Source of the DNA: Eledone cirrhosa
Lineage: Eukaryota
NCBI GenBank assembly: GCA_964016885.1
Contig: OZ024742.1
Span: 311,116,001-311,180,000 of the forward strand
Length of the DNA: 64,000 nucleotides
Direction: 5' to 3'
The notes under the pieces are model-generated. The model saw only the letters and a list, made by a program, of their open reading frames with translations. It searched no databases and had not been told where the DNA came from. Made by a program: the position numbers and the translations under genes. Below, in pieces: positions 27,201 through 40,600 of this stretch (positions are counted from its first letter, which is position 1; each line of letters starts with the position of its first letter).

Positions 27201-28725
27201 TAAAAGCAGTTTCATTGAAGACTTGTCACCCCTAATACCATTGGGAAAGTGATGGATACCACTACTTCATAAAATATACAGCCTTTTCACATTGAAATGT
27301 TAATTACACTTACTATGTAACTATACAACATATATAATCTATGCAGACTACACATGACTACATATCAACAGTCAATCAACAAGACTCCAGACCTTGTCAA
27401 ATCGGACCAAGGAAACAATGTTTCCAATTGCTAATACTATCTACCAGTCACAAATCCAGGCAGAAGGAGCAATGTGAAATAAAGTACCTTGCTCAAGGAC
27501 ATAACGCATAGACCAGTTCGGGAATCGAACTCACAACCTCACGTTTGGGAATCCAATTCTCTAACCATACAGACACGCGCCTTCACGCATACATATAACA
27601 AATAGAAAAATATTAATTTCTGACTTAGGCATAAAGCCAGCATATTTGGGCAAAGGGCAAAGTTGATTAAATCAACCTCAGTACATGTTGTGTATTTCAT
27701 TTTATCGATGAAAGGCAAAATTGACTTTGGCAGAATTTGAACTCAGGCATAAAGAGCCAGAACAAATACTGCTATGCATTTATCTGACACTCTAACGATT
27801 GTTCATCCAAGCTTACTCTAAGTATATGCCTGTAGATTAGAAGATAACAACTGGGAAGGAGCACATGCCCTAGCAGTCAAGTTAGGCATGGCTTTTTGTG
27901 GGCTTGCTCTACAGGATAATTTTCTGTTGATTTAATTTTGCATGTTGTTTTTGATATATTTTACATGAAAAAAAAAGCCTACACTGTTTTATCTTATATT
28001 GTTATTAATGTTTTCTTCAAGTGAACCCTTTGTGGTTAATAAAGAAATTATTATTATTTCCTGATGAAGCTGTAATGAAGCTATAATAAAACACATGAGT
28101 TTGATTCCAAACAGGGGGAGGCATCAAAACATTGGTAACAACAGTAAAGCATAAAACCACCAACCATTCATGAGATAGACTGATAGACACAGAAGATACA
28201 TCATACATGCAACAAAGCTATTGAAACATGGGTTATGATAACACTACACCTGCACAAACTTACACATGTATGTTCAAGCACTGAAATATATGATTACAAA
28301 AATACACAAACACACAACTGGTCCGTTTCTTCCGATATCATTTCGGAAGAAGGATCAGGATGGAGAGAGAGGTGCTGCACCCCAGTCGTTTTTATGAAAG
28401 GTGGGTGAAAGTGGCGAGAATGGCCCGTGTGAATGGGCCTTCTCTTTACATAAGCCTGTAGGTGGAAAAGAGGAAGGAACGAGGGAGCACCCCCTCTCTG
28501 TGCTCCTGAGGAAAAGGGTTGCACACTTTTTTCGGGGGTGTGTGCGACCCCCCAAGGCGCCTCCTCTCTATTGAGGATTTTGTTAAAAATTTTATTTTTT
28601 GTTATATCTTATTTTATTTTTATATTTTGTTATTGCCTCCTCCTTATTGAGGACGCCTTTTTGTGTAAACTCCCCCCTTTGTACTTGTCCCACTTTTGAT
28701 GCCCTAGTGGCAAATAAAAGAAACT

Positions 28726-28785
<60 letters not shown>

Positions 28786-31638
28786 CACATGGCTTAGTGG
28801 TTAGAGCATTGGCCTTGCAATCGAAAAGTTGTGAGTTCAATTCTCAGACTGGGTGATGTGTTGTTTCCTTGAGCAAGATACTTTATTTCACATTGCTCCA
28901 GTTTACTCAGCTGTAGAAATGAGATGATAGGGACTGGGGTCCATATCATTCCACTGCAAAGTGGTCGTGCAGGTGCCACGGCAAAAAAGCACCCAGCACT
29001 CACTGTAAATGAGGTTGGTGTTAGGAAGGGCATCCAGCTGTAGAAATTAAGCCAGAATCAGTTCCCGTCCCACCCTTGCAAGCAGGGAAAAAGCAGACGT
29101 AAAATCAATATATATATATATATATGGAAAAGAATGAAACAAAATTTCATTTCTCACTCTTAGTACGGCTGATACCTAAATATAAGTATGTATACGTACA
29201 TACATATATGTGTACAGACGCACATTGGCAATGAGTATAGCGAGGAATTTAGCGTACAGGTTGGGGTCCACCAGGGCTCTGTTCTTAGCCCTCTCCTGTT
29301 CATCATAGTCCTGCAGGCAATAACGGAGGAGTTTAAGACCGGATGCCCATGGGAACTCCTGTATGCTGATGACCTCGCACTCATAGCTGAATCTATGGTA
29401 GAACTAGAGAATAAATTCCAAACCTGGAAGCAGGGACTAGAGAGAAAGGGCCTCAAAGTCAACATGACAAAGACTAAGGTCCTTATAAGTAGACGAGAAA
29501 ACAGAACCCAGATCCCCTCAGGGAAATGGCCTTGCTCAGTATGTAGGAAAGGTGTAGGTAGGAACTCCATTCTCTGCCCCAAATGCAAACAATGGGTACA
29601 CAAGAGATGTAGCGGGATCTCAGGAAGCTTAATTAAGAATGTAGGATTCACATGCAGCAGCTGTGCTGAAACAGCAAGCAAACAGCCACAGGAAACAAGT
29701 ACCACCAATCTCTGGGAGGGCCCTGTAGAAACAGTAGACAGCTTCTGCTACCTAGGTGACCGAATTAGCAACGGAGGTGGGTGCTCAGAAAGTACAATAA
29801 CTAGGGTAAGAACGGGATGGAAGAAGTTTAGGGAACTACTACCACTGCTAGCTGCAAAAGGCTTCTCCCTCAGAATGAAAGGCAGACTGTATGATGCGTG
29901 TATCCGAACAGCGATGTTGCATGGTAGTGAGACCTGGGCGCTGAAGGTGGAAGACTTACGTAGATTAGAGAGAAACGAAGCCTGCATGCTCCGATGGATG
30001 TGTAACAGTAATATACGTGAACGACAAAGCTTAAATGAATTGAGAGAGAGACTGAGCATAAGAGGAATCAAATGCTGCGTGCAGGAGAGGCGGTTACGCT
30101 GGTATGGACATGTGATGCGTATGAAGGATGACAGCTGCATAAAAAGGTGCAGAGCACTAGAAGTTGATGGAAACCGCGGAGTGGGGAGACCCAAGATGAC
30201 TTGGGATGAGGTGATAAAAGCCGACCTTACCCAACTACACCTCTCAAAGTCAATGACACACGACCGTGACTTCTGGCGTCACGCAGTAATACAGGGTACC
30301 CGACCTCCCATGGGTACATGCTGAAGCATATAAACAATATGCCCCCCCCCCCCCCCCACCGCAAGGTGGTCGTGGAGGTGCCACGGCAAAAAAGCACCCA
30401 GCCCACACTGTAAAGTGGACGTGTAGGCGCCACGAAAAAGCACCCAGCACTCACTGTAAATGAGGTTGGTGTTAGGAAGGGCATCCAGCTGTAGAAATCA
30501 AGCCAGATCAGTTCCTGTATGAGCAAGGCATGGTCAGCCGACCAGACACTGCCCACAACAGGACAACCCGTCTAACCCATGCTAGCGTGGAAGAACGGAC
30601 GTAAAACGGTGATGATGATGATGATGATGATGCACACATATATATATGTACGTATGGGTTATATATATGTATTAATACATGGTATTAATGGGATTGTCAA
30701 GGAATTAGTTGTTTCATAGTCTTTATTGACAAAGGCACAGAGGTTAGAGTGTTGAATTCACAATCATGAAGTTGTGTGTTTAATTCCCAGACTGGGTAGT
30801 ATGATGTGTCTTTGAGCAAGACAATTTATTTCACATTGCTCAGTTCACTCAGCTGGAATGCATTGCGATGTTACTGGTGCCAAGTTGTATAGGCTTTTGC
30901 CTTACCCTTGGACTACATCAGAAGCATGGAGAAGAGAGACTGGCATGCATGAGCAACTGCTGGTCTTCCATAAAAAACACCTTTGCCAGGCTTGTGCTTC
31001 GATGAGAATACGACATGAAAACCAACATGCGGCTTATATCTATTGAACATACAAATCCTCAATACATATAAGTACTGAACCAAAAAGGTTGTATGTAAAA
31101 TAGAATGGTATAACCTATCTACTGGTTTAACTTATACTTGAATATATACAGTATCATCATCATCATTTGACATCCAGTTTCTGTGTTTTCATGGGTTAGA
31201 AAACCTTGTCATGCTCATACATTCCATTGTTGGCATTGTTTCTATTACTGACTGCCCTTCCTAATGTTAACTATATATCTTTATTTTATTATAGGAAAGA
31301 CTTCTACCAGACTAAAACTGTTTCATTTGAATGAAATCATATGAATGAAACAGTTCTAGTCCTGTAGAAGTCATTTTTATATAAAATAAAGATGCTTATA
31401 TTCTACCAACATATTGAGTACCTTCTTTAACTGCGGTCACCTCCCGATCCTCTTCAGGAATCTGCCAATATATATATAGATATATATATATAATGGTTTT
31501 CCAAAGAGAAACAGAAGGAACTATAGTTAAATAATATACACAATACATTAGAATTTATACATAACTTCTACTTGACTTTTCTGATGATTTTAAATAAATG
31601 AAACTGTTCTAGTCTGGTAGAAGTCATTTCTATATGAA

Positions 31639-31671
<33 letters not shown>

Positions 31672-34600
31672 TGCACACACACAAATACAAATATCTATAC
31701 ACACACAACATTCAGACATACTGAAAGAACCACAAAAAAATAAATAAATACAATAATAAACAAATAACAAATACAAAAAAAATACAATAAGGTAGTAAAG
31801 GATGGGGGGAAGGGAAAACCACTTTAAACTGGCAACAAATGCAATAAGATTGGAGCAAAGAAGAAGGGATTAAGTCCAAGACAACAAACAATAAAGAGCA
31901 TCAACAACACCAGTTCTGCCTTCAAACTACTTACACTTGAACCGTGGACCGTTTTTGATATAATCCTTCCCCTAAATTTTCCACAAAGTAATCCCTAAAA
32001 ATGAATCATGGGAATACAGTTTTGTTTTTGTCGGGGTTTTTTTTTAAGTGTGAGCATTCAATAAAATAATTTGACAGAGCTGAAGTGAAAAAATATTGTG
32101 CACAAAATAAATATAAAGACATTCAAAGCATAAAAAGAGAAGAGAAAAAAATAACAGTTGAGTAGGGGTTGTTTGGAGGGGTGGGGCATGGGATAAAGAC
32201 AGAAGAATGAGAGAAGAAGGATGATGGGGAAGATATTTTTATGATGGTAAAAGTATAATCTGCAAAATAAATAAATATATTACCATTATTATTATTATTA
32301 TTTCTTTGCTCAGCTTCTAATGCTGGAGATGTATTACAGTGTTAGCTGTTCATTACCATTGAACTGAGGTAACACCCCTTATTTTTCGAGTACCCTCCAG
32401 AGTGTTCGAGCTGTTCCCAACAATGCTGTTTTTTGTAAGTGTTCCATCCATATTGCAATCCCTATATGTTTAAAATACTTCTCAAGATCTTTACTCACTG
32501 TTGCCAAGACTCCAACTATTATTGCTATTTATTATTATTATTATTGGAATAAATAAATAAAGAAAGAAACCATTATTATTATTGGTAGCTGTCTATTTTG
32601 AAGTTTCACAGGTACTACTGGCTCCTCAAAACAGTGTTAGTAAGATAAATTGTTCCCTATATATTGTAATAATTCAATCTAGTAAAGAAGTAGTGGGTTG
32701 ATGTGGTAAACACAAATAAAAAGGAATCCAGTATTGGTATATGTGAGATTAACCCTTTAGCATTTACATTACTCTATATTTACTATTGTATTTTCACACT
32801 AAAGGCTTTATCTTATATAATTATCTCATATAATATCGAATCTATGAGATGTTGATGTTATTTATCTTGAGAACAATACCTTAATGTAGGTATGAGCGGC
32901 CAGTTACAGACTGTTTGAACAGAAAGAGGTGAGCGAGTTTTGGCCGGATATGGCCAGTTTAAATGCTAAAGGGTTAAAAAGAATGATTTGCAAGGGGAGG
33001 GCAGAGACGTTTCAGCAAAACAAAACAAAATGGAGGGCCTGGGGTGGAGAAAGTATTTACCATATGCTTATTCAAACATGTCACAAATATATTTCCTAAT
33101 GTATTAACTATTGTGATTAAAAGGTCATTAATACAAATTTCTAATAACATTGCTACTACTTACAGGTTTGATCTTGTTTTTTTGTTTTTTTAATACTATT
33201 ATATATATGTGTGTGTGTGTAAGTCCCGGGTTCAATCGGGGGGTAACCACAGTAAATAAGGTACTCAATACATTAGTAGAGTGTATACAACAAAATTTAA
33301 TATAGAAATGGCTTCTCCAGGACTAGAACTGATGATTTCCTTGGAATGAAACAGTTCTAGTCCTGTAGAAGCCACTTCTATATTGAATTTTGTTTTATAT
33401 ATATAGGGGATAATGAATCTTACTAACACTGTTTTGAGAAGTCAGTAGTGCCACTGAAACATTGAAGTTAATAGTCCCTACTAATAATGTTATTTTAACT
33501 CTTTAAAATGGTGCTCTCAATTAATTCATGCGAAACCATTTTGCTGGTTTCAGAGCTGATGAGGATGAAGATGTGTGTGTGTGTAAACTTGTCTTCTACA
33601 TCGCCTTTCTTTATTTCCTCTTCCAGTCACTTCTGTGTGCCATCACACTTCTCCTTGTCCACTTCTTCTTTCAATCTTTTCTATATTTCATTTGCTTGTT
33701 ACCCACCTTGTTAATTGTCTCTCTGTTGACCACTGGCCACTGGTCTCTGTCTTTCACAACATTTAACTGTTTTAACAGCTGCTCTAGCAATGAGTTTTCT
33801 CATTTTTATATATATTCTATAAACAGTATTTGAGTCTTTTGTTCAGTGCTTGATAAGTGTATTTATTACTTAATGTAAATTTCTGCTACATCATGAAGTC
33901 TACCTCTGTCTTTTTGAGGTATGTGCAGCATTGTGTGTTATTTTTCTTTTGTGTGCATCTGTAAGAAAGGACTTATAAACTTTTGTTAGAGAATTGTATC
34001 AGTTTTGTTTGATTATAGTGTATAGCTGACTGTTTCTGTTGTGTAAAGCATGTGTCATGTAAGTTATCTTATTTTGTTCGATGGTAAATATGTTCTGTAT
34101 GTGTTGAGTAATCAGTGTTATGTGTCTCGATGCAGACTATATGATGCATGGCTTTTGTAGCATTAGTGCGTTGCAGTTGTCTAGAATGTTTGTGTGAATC
34201 TGGTTTAGAATAGGTGCACCATATCACTGCATGTTGTTAGAGGTAATTAAAGATTGGCACCAGAAAGGGCAACCAACTGTAAAACATTGCTTCAAGAACA
34301 CTGTGGTGATTATAAAAACATATGGGCAGGGTACAGCAGTTTACACTATGGTGGCTTTATATTAGTGTGTCATTCTGTTAGATTACTTGGCATCCAACAC
34401 TAAAGAGTGTAATTTCCCCTCAGTTGTATTTCAGACATGGGGGGTTTTAATCTCATCCCTAGATGTAGCAACCAGTGGACTACCTCCTTCTTATCCTCAA
34501 CAGCTCCTGTCTAGATATTGCCATCAATAGATTATGAGTTACATACCTAAAGGAGACTATCTTCTCCTTGTCCTGCACAGCTCATGTCAAGCTAATGGTT

Positions 34601-37600
34601 ATCACCTCCACAGAAACATTGGACTGAAAATACTGGTGCAAATTTCTCATAAAAGTCAAAACGATTATAGGGAATAATCCCTTTCAGATAAACCTAGCAT
34701 TTACTACAGTTCCAGAAAGGCAAAAACACTTATACATTTTTATAGAGAAAGACAAAGCAGGCTTTGTGTAATGGTAGCACATTGGTCCAGCAAAACAAAG
34801 ATGTGGGTTCGTGTCTCATTACGTTAATACTCATCCTTTTTTCTTTTCCATTCAGAGGTTTTCAAAATCCCAACTAACAGACTAGTTTTATTTAGTCAAA
34901 TACAGCATAAGCACATACTACTACCCATACATTTTCTTTCAGCCCCTTTCCTAAGTTTACTGTTATAGAAAAACACTAAGAATTAGTCAGACAGAAAAAA
35001 GAAGAAATCAATATATATGTTGCACCAAACTAGAGTCGAATGGGTCTAGTAAAATATTTGGGGCATGTCATAAATGTAAATATGGTCAATAAATATTGCT
35101 GGTTGCTGGAAAAGTCTCTGAAAATAAGCCAAGATGAAGAAGACCCAGAAAAAAACCTGGATTGATAACATCTTAGAAATAACATGATTGAATATGGAAT
35201 TAACTCTTGTCATCCTGTAATGATTTAGTAGCAGAATATATCTAAAAACAAAAAAACATGTTTGTTAATTTAAATGTTTATAGAATCTTTACTAATAGTA
35301 AACAGATTGTTGTAAAAATCTGTAAACTAAAGTAAAAACTTTAATTTTAGTCATAATACTGTTTTGTACTTATCAGGAATGTCTTGCTAATGTGGTTTCA
35401 CCTAATTAGCAAGGTACAGGATGTTAAGAGTTAATAAGAACAGCAGAAAATGGAGATAAATGTAGAAGAATTGTCAGATAAGCCAGCCATACTGTCAGAG
35501 TTGGCAACTGCAGATGATGACTAATTTTGCAAGGTTCAAATACTACATTCCATTATAGAATCTTGCTGCACCTCTTATCACTGATAACCTTGATCACCTT
35601 CAGGAGAAAGTCCTTTATATGGTTGATAAAGATACTTTACTGAAATATCTTCAAATACTAGTCCACCATCATGATGTTTATCTCTACCCTCTATCATTAT
35701 AACAGATTACCTAGATATGTTGCAAACCAGCCCCTCACTTCTACTATTGCTTCTCCTCCACTAGTTTTAACTACTGATAGACTGTCATTCTCTAAAACCA
35801 CACTAAGTTTTGATTTGCAATCTTTCATTCTAAGAAACACTGCAGAACTTGTTCATTTCTCAAGAAACACTTGTAGAACTTATTCATTTCTCATAAGATC
35901 TAATAATGTCATAACTTCTATATCATAGCATACAACATCATAACAGTATCTTAACTTTCAACAATATCTTAACATTTAACAGTATCTTAACTTTTAACAA
36001 TATTTTGACTTCTGTTATAATATCCAACAATACCCTAACTTTTATATCACCTTAGCTTTTATCTTTTCAGTTTCCAGATTAACTGCATTAATCTTGGTGA
36101 AACATCCCATTCTTCTGAGTCAAGATGATAACGACTCTTTCTGCCCTGAGACAAATTGAGTCACCTTTTTTTTCCTGAGCCAAGATAATGGTTCTTTCTA
36201 CCTTGAGCCAAGAAGATAGTGACTCTTTCTGCCCTGAGCCAAGAAGATAGTGACTCTTTCTACACTGAGCCAAGAAGATAGTGACTCTTTCAACCTTGAG
36301 CCAAGATAGTGACTTTTTCTGCCCTGAGTCTAGAAGATAGTGGCTCTTTCTGCTCTGAGTCTAAAAGATAGTGACTCTTTCTACACTGAGTCAAAAAGAT
36401 AATGACTCTTTCTACACTGAGCCAAGAAGAGAATGACTCTTTCAGCCTTGAGCCAAGAAGATAGTGACTCTTTCTGCACTGAGTCAAACAGATAATGATT
36501 CTTTCTACACTAAGTCAAAAAAATAGTGATTTTTTTCTGCCCTGAACCAAGATGATACTGACTCTGAGCCAAGAAGATAATAATCACATTTTCTGCATTG
36601 AACCAAGACAATAAAGATTATTTCTGCCCTGGGCCAAGAAGATGACTTCTGCTCTGAAGAAAGTGATGACAATTTATACAAAAAACACAACCTCATCAGC
36701 ACTTTATCTAGGTCTGCAAATAAAGACAAATTAAAAATAACAAAGCTTTGTAAATAAAGTGCAGAGGAAATTAAAGTGCAAGAGAACATTCCACTACTTA
36801 CTCATTGGTTTTTTTCACAGCTCCAGGCTCTGCTTCATCTTCTGAGTGACTTTTATGTTCCTAATAAACCATAATAATATATATCAGTAAAGGGGGAATT
36901 CTTTACTGGACACATTAAAAACAATTGAAAATAATGTGGTATGGTATCAGAGTGAATGGGTGTGTGGTATTAGAGGACTGATTAAAAAAGTTATCATCAC
37001 CATTGTCATTTTAATGTCTGCTTTCCCTGTTAGCAAGGGTTGGACGAGTTTACATAGACCAAGTCAGTATAGAAGCTGAGCCACTGATCTCCCAGGCCAG
37101 GGGTCTATGCTCACTTATGTATTGTCAATGCTCCACCAAGTGCACAGAAGTTGTCATGTCTATTATTTCTTAAACATATAGATATGGTTCTGTATCTATA
37201 GTTGTTAAAGCATTGGGCTTACAATTGTGGGTTTGATTTCCAGACTGGGTGGTGTGTTGTGTCCTTAAGCAAGACACTTTATTTTACATTGCTCCAGTTC
37301 ACTCAGCTGTAGAAATGAGTTGCACCATCATTGATGACAAGTTGTATCAGCTTTTGCCTTTCCCTTGGATAACATTGGTTGCATGGAGAGGAGATACTGG
37401 TATGCATGGGTGACTGCTGGTCTTCTACAAGCAAACTTGCCCGGACTTGTGCCTCATAGGGCAAACTTTCTAGGTGCAAATCCCATGGTCATTTGTGACC
37501 GAAAGGGGTCTTTATCCTTTATTTATTTATATATATATATCATCATCATCGTCATTTTACATCTATTTCCCACACTTGCATGGATTAAGGGATTAGACAG

Positions 37601-40600
37601 GTTGTCAAGCTCTTTTACTAAACAGGCAGGTCAGAATTCCATTTTGGCATGGTTTCTACTGTTGGATGCCCTTCCTAATGCCAACCATTTCACAGTGTGT
37701 ACTGGGTTTATTTTCTCATAGCACAACCACTACCATATGACAAAATGAACTGGGTGAATTTTTTGTGGCACCAACACTACCACTTTACAGTGTAGGCTGG
37801 GTGCATTTTATAGTAGCACCAGTACTACCATGTTACAGTGTGGGCTGGATGCATTTTATCATGGCACCAGTACTAACCCTTTACAGAGTAGGCTGGGTGT
37901 TTTTATCATGACACGAACATTTCTACATTTCAGTATTGGGTAGGCGTATTTTATCGTGACATCAGTACTTCTACATTCCAGTGTGGGCTGACCACATTTT
38001 ACCACTGCATTTCAACACAAATGCACTTGTATCCTTGGCCAGGTTATTGGAATACATGGCCATATATATATTGTCAATAGGCCAGAGCTTTAACATAGCC
38101 ACCACTAAGACTTTCTATTGTCTTCAATGTTTCTTTAAAAGGACAATAACATTTTAGTATGCTTACCAAAGTACAATTATCGGCCAGGTGGAAAAATCGA
38201 ACAGTGAAGTGCTGCTCAGCCAAGCATACTGGTTCTAATTCTGATAATACTTTATCCAAGATCTAGGAGCAAAAGATAATTTTTTGAAATGTTAAATCAA
38301 AAATTTAAGTCAGAACAGAATGAGATATAATGAAGGTAAAACTATGAATAAATAATATGAATTTAATGATTATACAATGTGGACTTAGATGCAGATTGGT
38401 TGATATTGTTCATATTACTGTGAGAGAGGATTCCAGAACAACTTGGAAATTTCTATAGCTCTGAATGAATTTTAATGTCATGACTATAGTTAGGATCAGC
38501 AAAGAAAGAGTTAAAACATACTTGATCCTTTCTGTTTAAAATATATTTGATCCCCTTCTGTTTAAAACACACTTGATCCTCTCTTTTTAAAATGTACTTG
38601 ATCCTCTCTGTTTAAAACATACCTGATCAAATAGTTGTCTAGAACTGAGATCTATATCTGATCCATCCTTGGAAAATGTTACGGAATCAACACTTTGGAT
38701 TGAAGCAGAGCGACCTCGGTCAGCTACCTTGGTCAAACTGGATGATGAAGATGTTTTCTGATCTGAAATATATAAAATATTATAAAAACACAAATCACTC
38801 TTGTATATATGTGTGTGTGTAAAATGTAAAAAGAAACAAGGCAAACAACACAGTACAATGAAGAAATATATTAGTTTAACACTTGATATAGTAGGAAAAG
38901 CGTCTATATATATCCTCATCATCATTGTTTAACGTCCATTTTCCACGCTAGCAAGGGTTAGACAGGTTGTCCCATTTGAGGCAAGTCGGGTCAAGTGACC
39001 GTGTCTTACTCACACAGAACTGTTTCTGGCTTGGTTTCTACAGCTGGATGCTCTTCCTAATGCCAACCACATAAAAGTGCATATGGAGGCATATACGATA
39101 TATTTATGTGTAATAAATGTCTCGCTATGAAGCGATTTTGTCCTGATGCACAGGTGTGATCATATCACAGTTATCTCTGTACCTGTGTGCAAATGACAAA
39201 CACTAGTGTTTCAGGATTTCTATGAATCATCTGCAAACTGGCAGTGTCATTAGATTGTCAGATACCTTGCGCTATTTGTTTCAGCTCCTAGTACTGTAAG
39301 TTTGAATCCACAGGAATTGATAAATACCATTTCAAGATTGTTAGAGCATTGAACAGTATAGAAACCTCCAACCATAGAAATCAAGCCAGAAACAGTTCTG
39401 TATGAGCAAGACAGTCCCCTGATCTGACTTGCCTCACAACAAGACAATTAGTCTAACCCATGCTAGCATGGAAGATGGGCATTAAACGGTGATGATTATG
39501 ATGATTGGACAATATGTCATGTGGTATCTATCCCAGCTCTGCTACATTCTGAGTTCAAATCATGCCTCTTATCACTGGATAAATTGTGATGTGGTAAGAA
39601 GGGACCCCCTATTATTATAATACCCAAGAGGCTTTCTATAAGATTCAACCTCATAGGTGGCTGGCCAATCCATAACAACAACAACAACAGGAAGAGGCTG
39701 GCTTACCCTACATAGACGTGAGCCATAACAACAAGAACAACAGGATGTTGGCTAAATTTATGTAGGTGTGGGCCACAAAAACAACAACAAGAAGCTGGCT
39801 AAACCTTCATAGGTGTGAACCATAACAACAATAATAATAGCAACAACAATAACTTACTCAATTTCCCTTTGTCTCCTTTGCCAATAAGTCTTTGTTTAGC
39901 ACAATCTAGAAAATCTTGAATTTCTTTGTTGTAAAGCTTGCTTAATGATTCTGTGTATACCTAGATAAGATGAAGCATTTCACATAACAACAGACATGAT
40001 AGTAATATTTCACATAACAATAGATGTGACAGTAATATTTCACATAACATAACAATAGATGTGATAGTAACATTTCACATAACAAAACAATAGATGTGAT
40101 AGTAACATTTCACATAACAGATGTGACTAATATTTCACATAACAACAGATGTGAAAGTAACACTTCACATAACAACATAACAAGAGACAGTAACATTTCA
40201 CATAGCAACATAACAACAGAAGAGACAGTAACATAACAACAGATGTGATAGTAACATTTCACATAACAACAGAAGAGAAGGTATCAAAACAGTGATTCTA
40301 TAGATGAACAAAAATCTTTTCTTCTTCTTCACCCACTTATTCCTGAGAGGGTCGTGGGGGCAAGGTGCTTAGACACTCCTTCCAGCGGGTCTTGTCAGAA
40401 GCAACCATCTCCAGCTGATCAGGCTGGATCCCCAAGCAAGACCAGCCAAGCTCATGGATGTTATCCAACCATCTTGCTCGGAGTCTACTCCTGGGTTCCT
40501 GCTGGTTGGTTTTGCCTGTAAAATCTGTCCAGCAATTCTTTCCTGAGACATTCTAACCACATGTCCATAGTATCAGAGCTATGATTTCTCAATTCGGAGA

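Noticed and set aside
28782-28855. tRNA gene
   Set aside because: It is a SINE head that continues into the CORE domain, has many diverged copies, and forms no intact cloverleaf.
34757-34825. tRNA-like sequence with A and B boxes
   Set aside because: The stems pair poorly; it is probably a decayed SINE head or tRNA pseudogene that I cannot assign.
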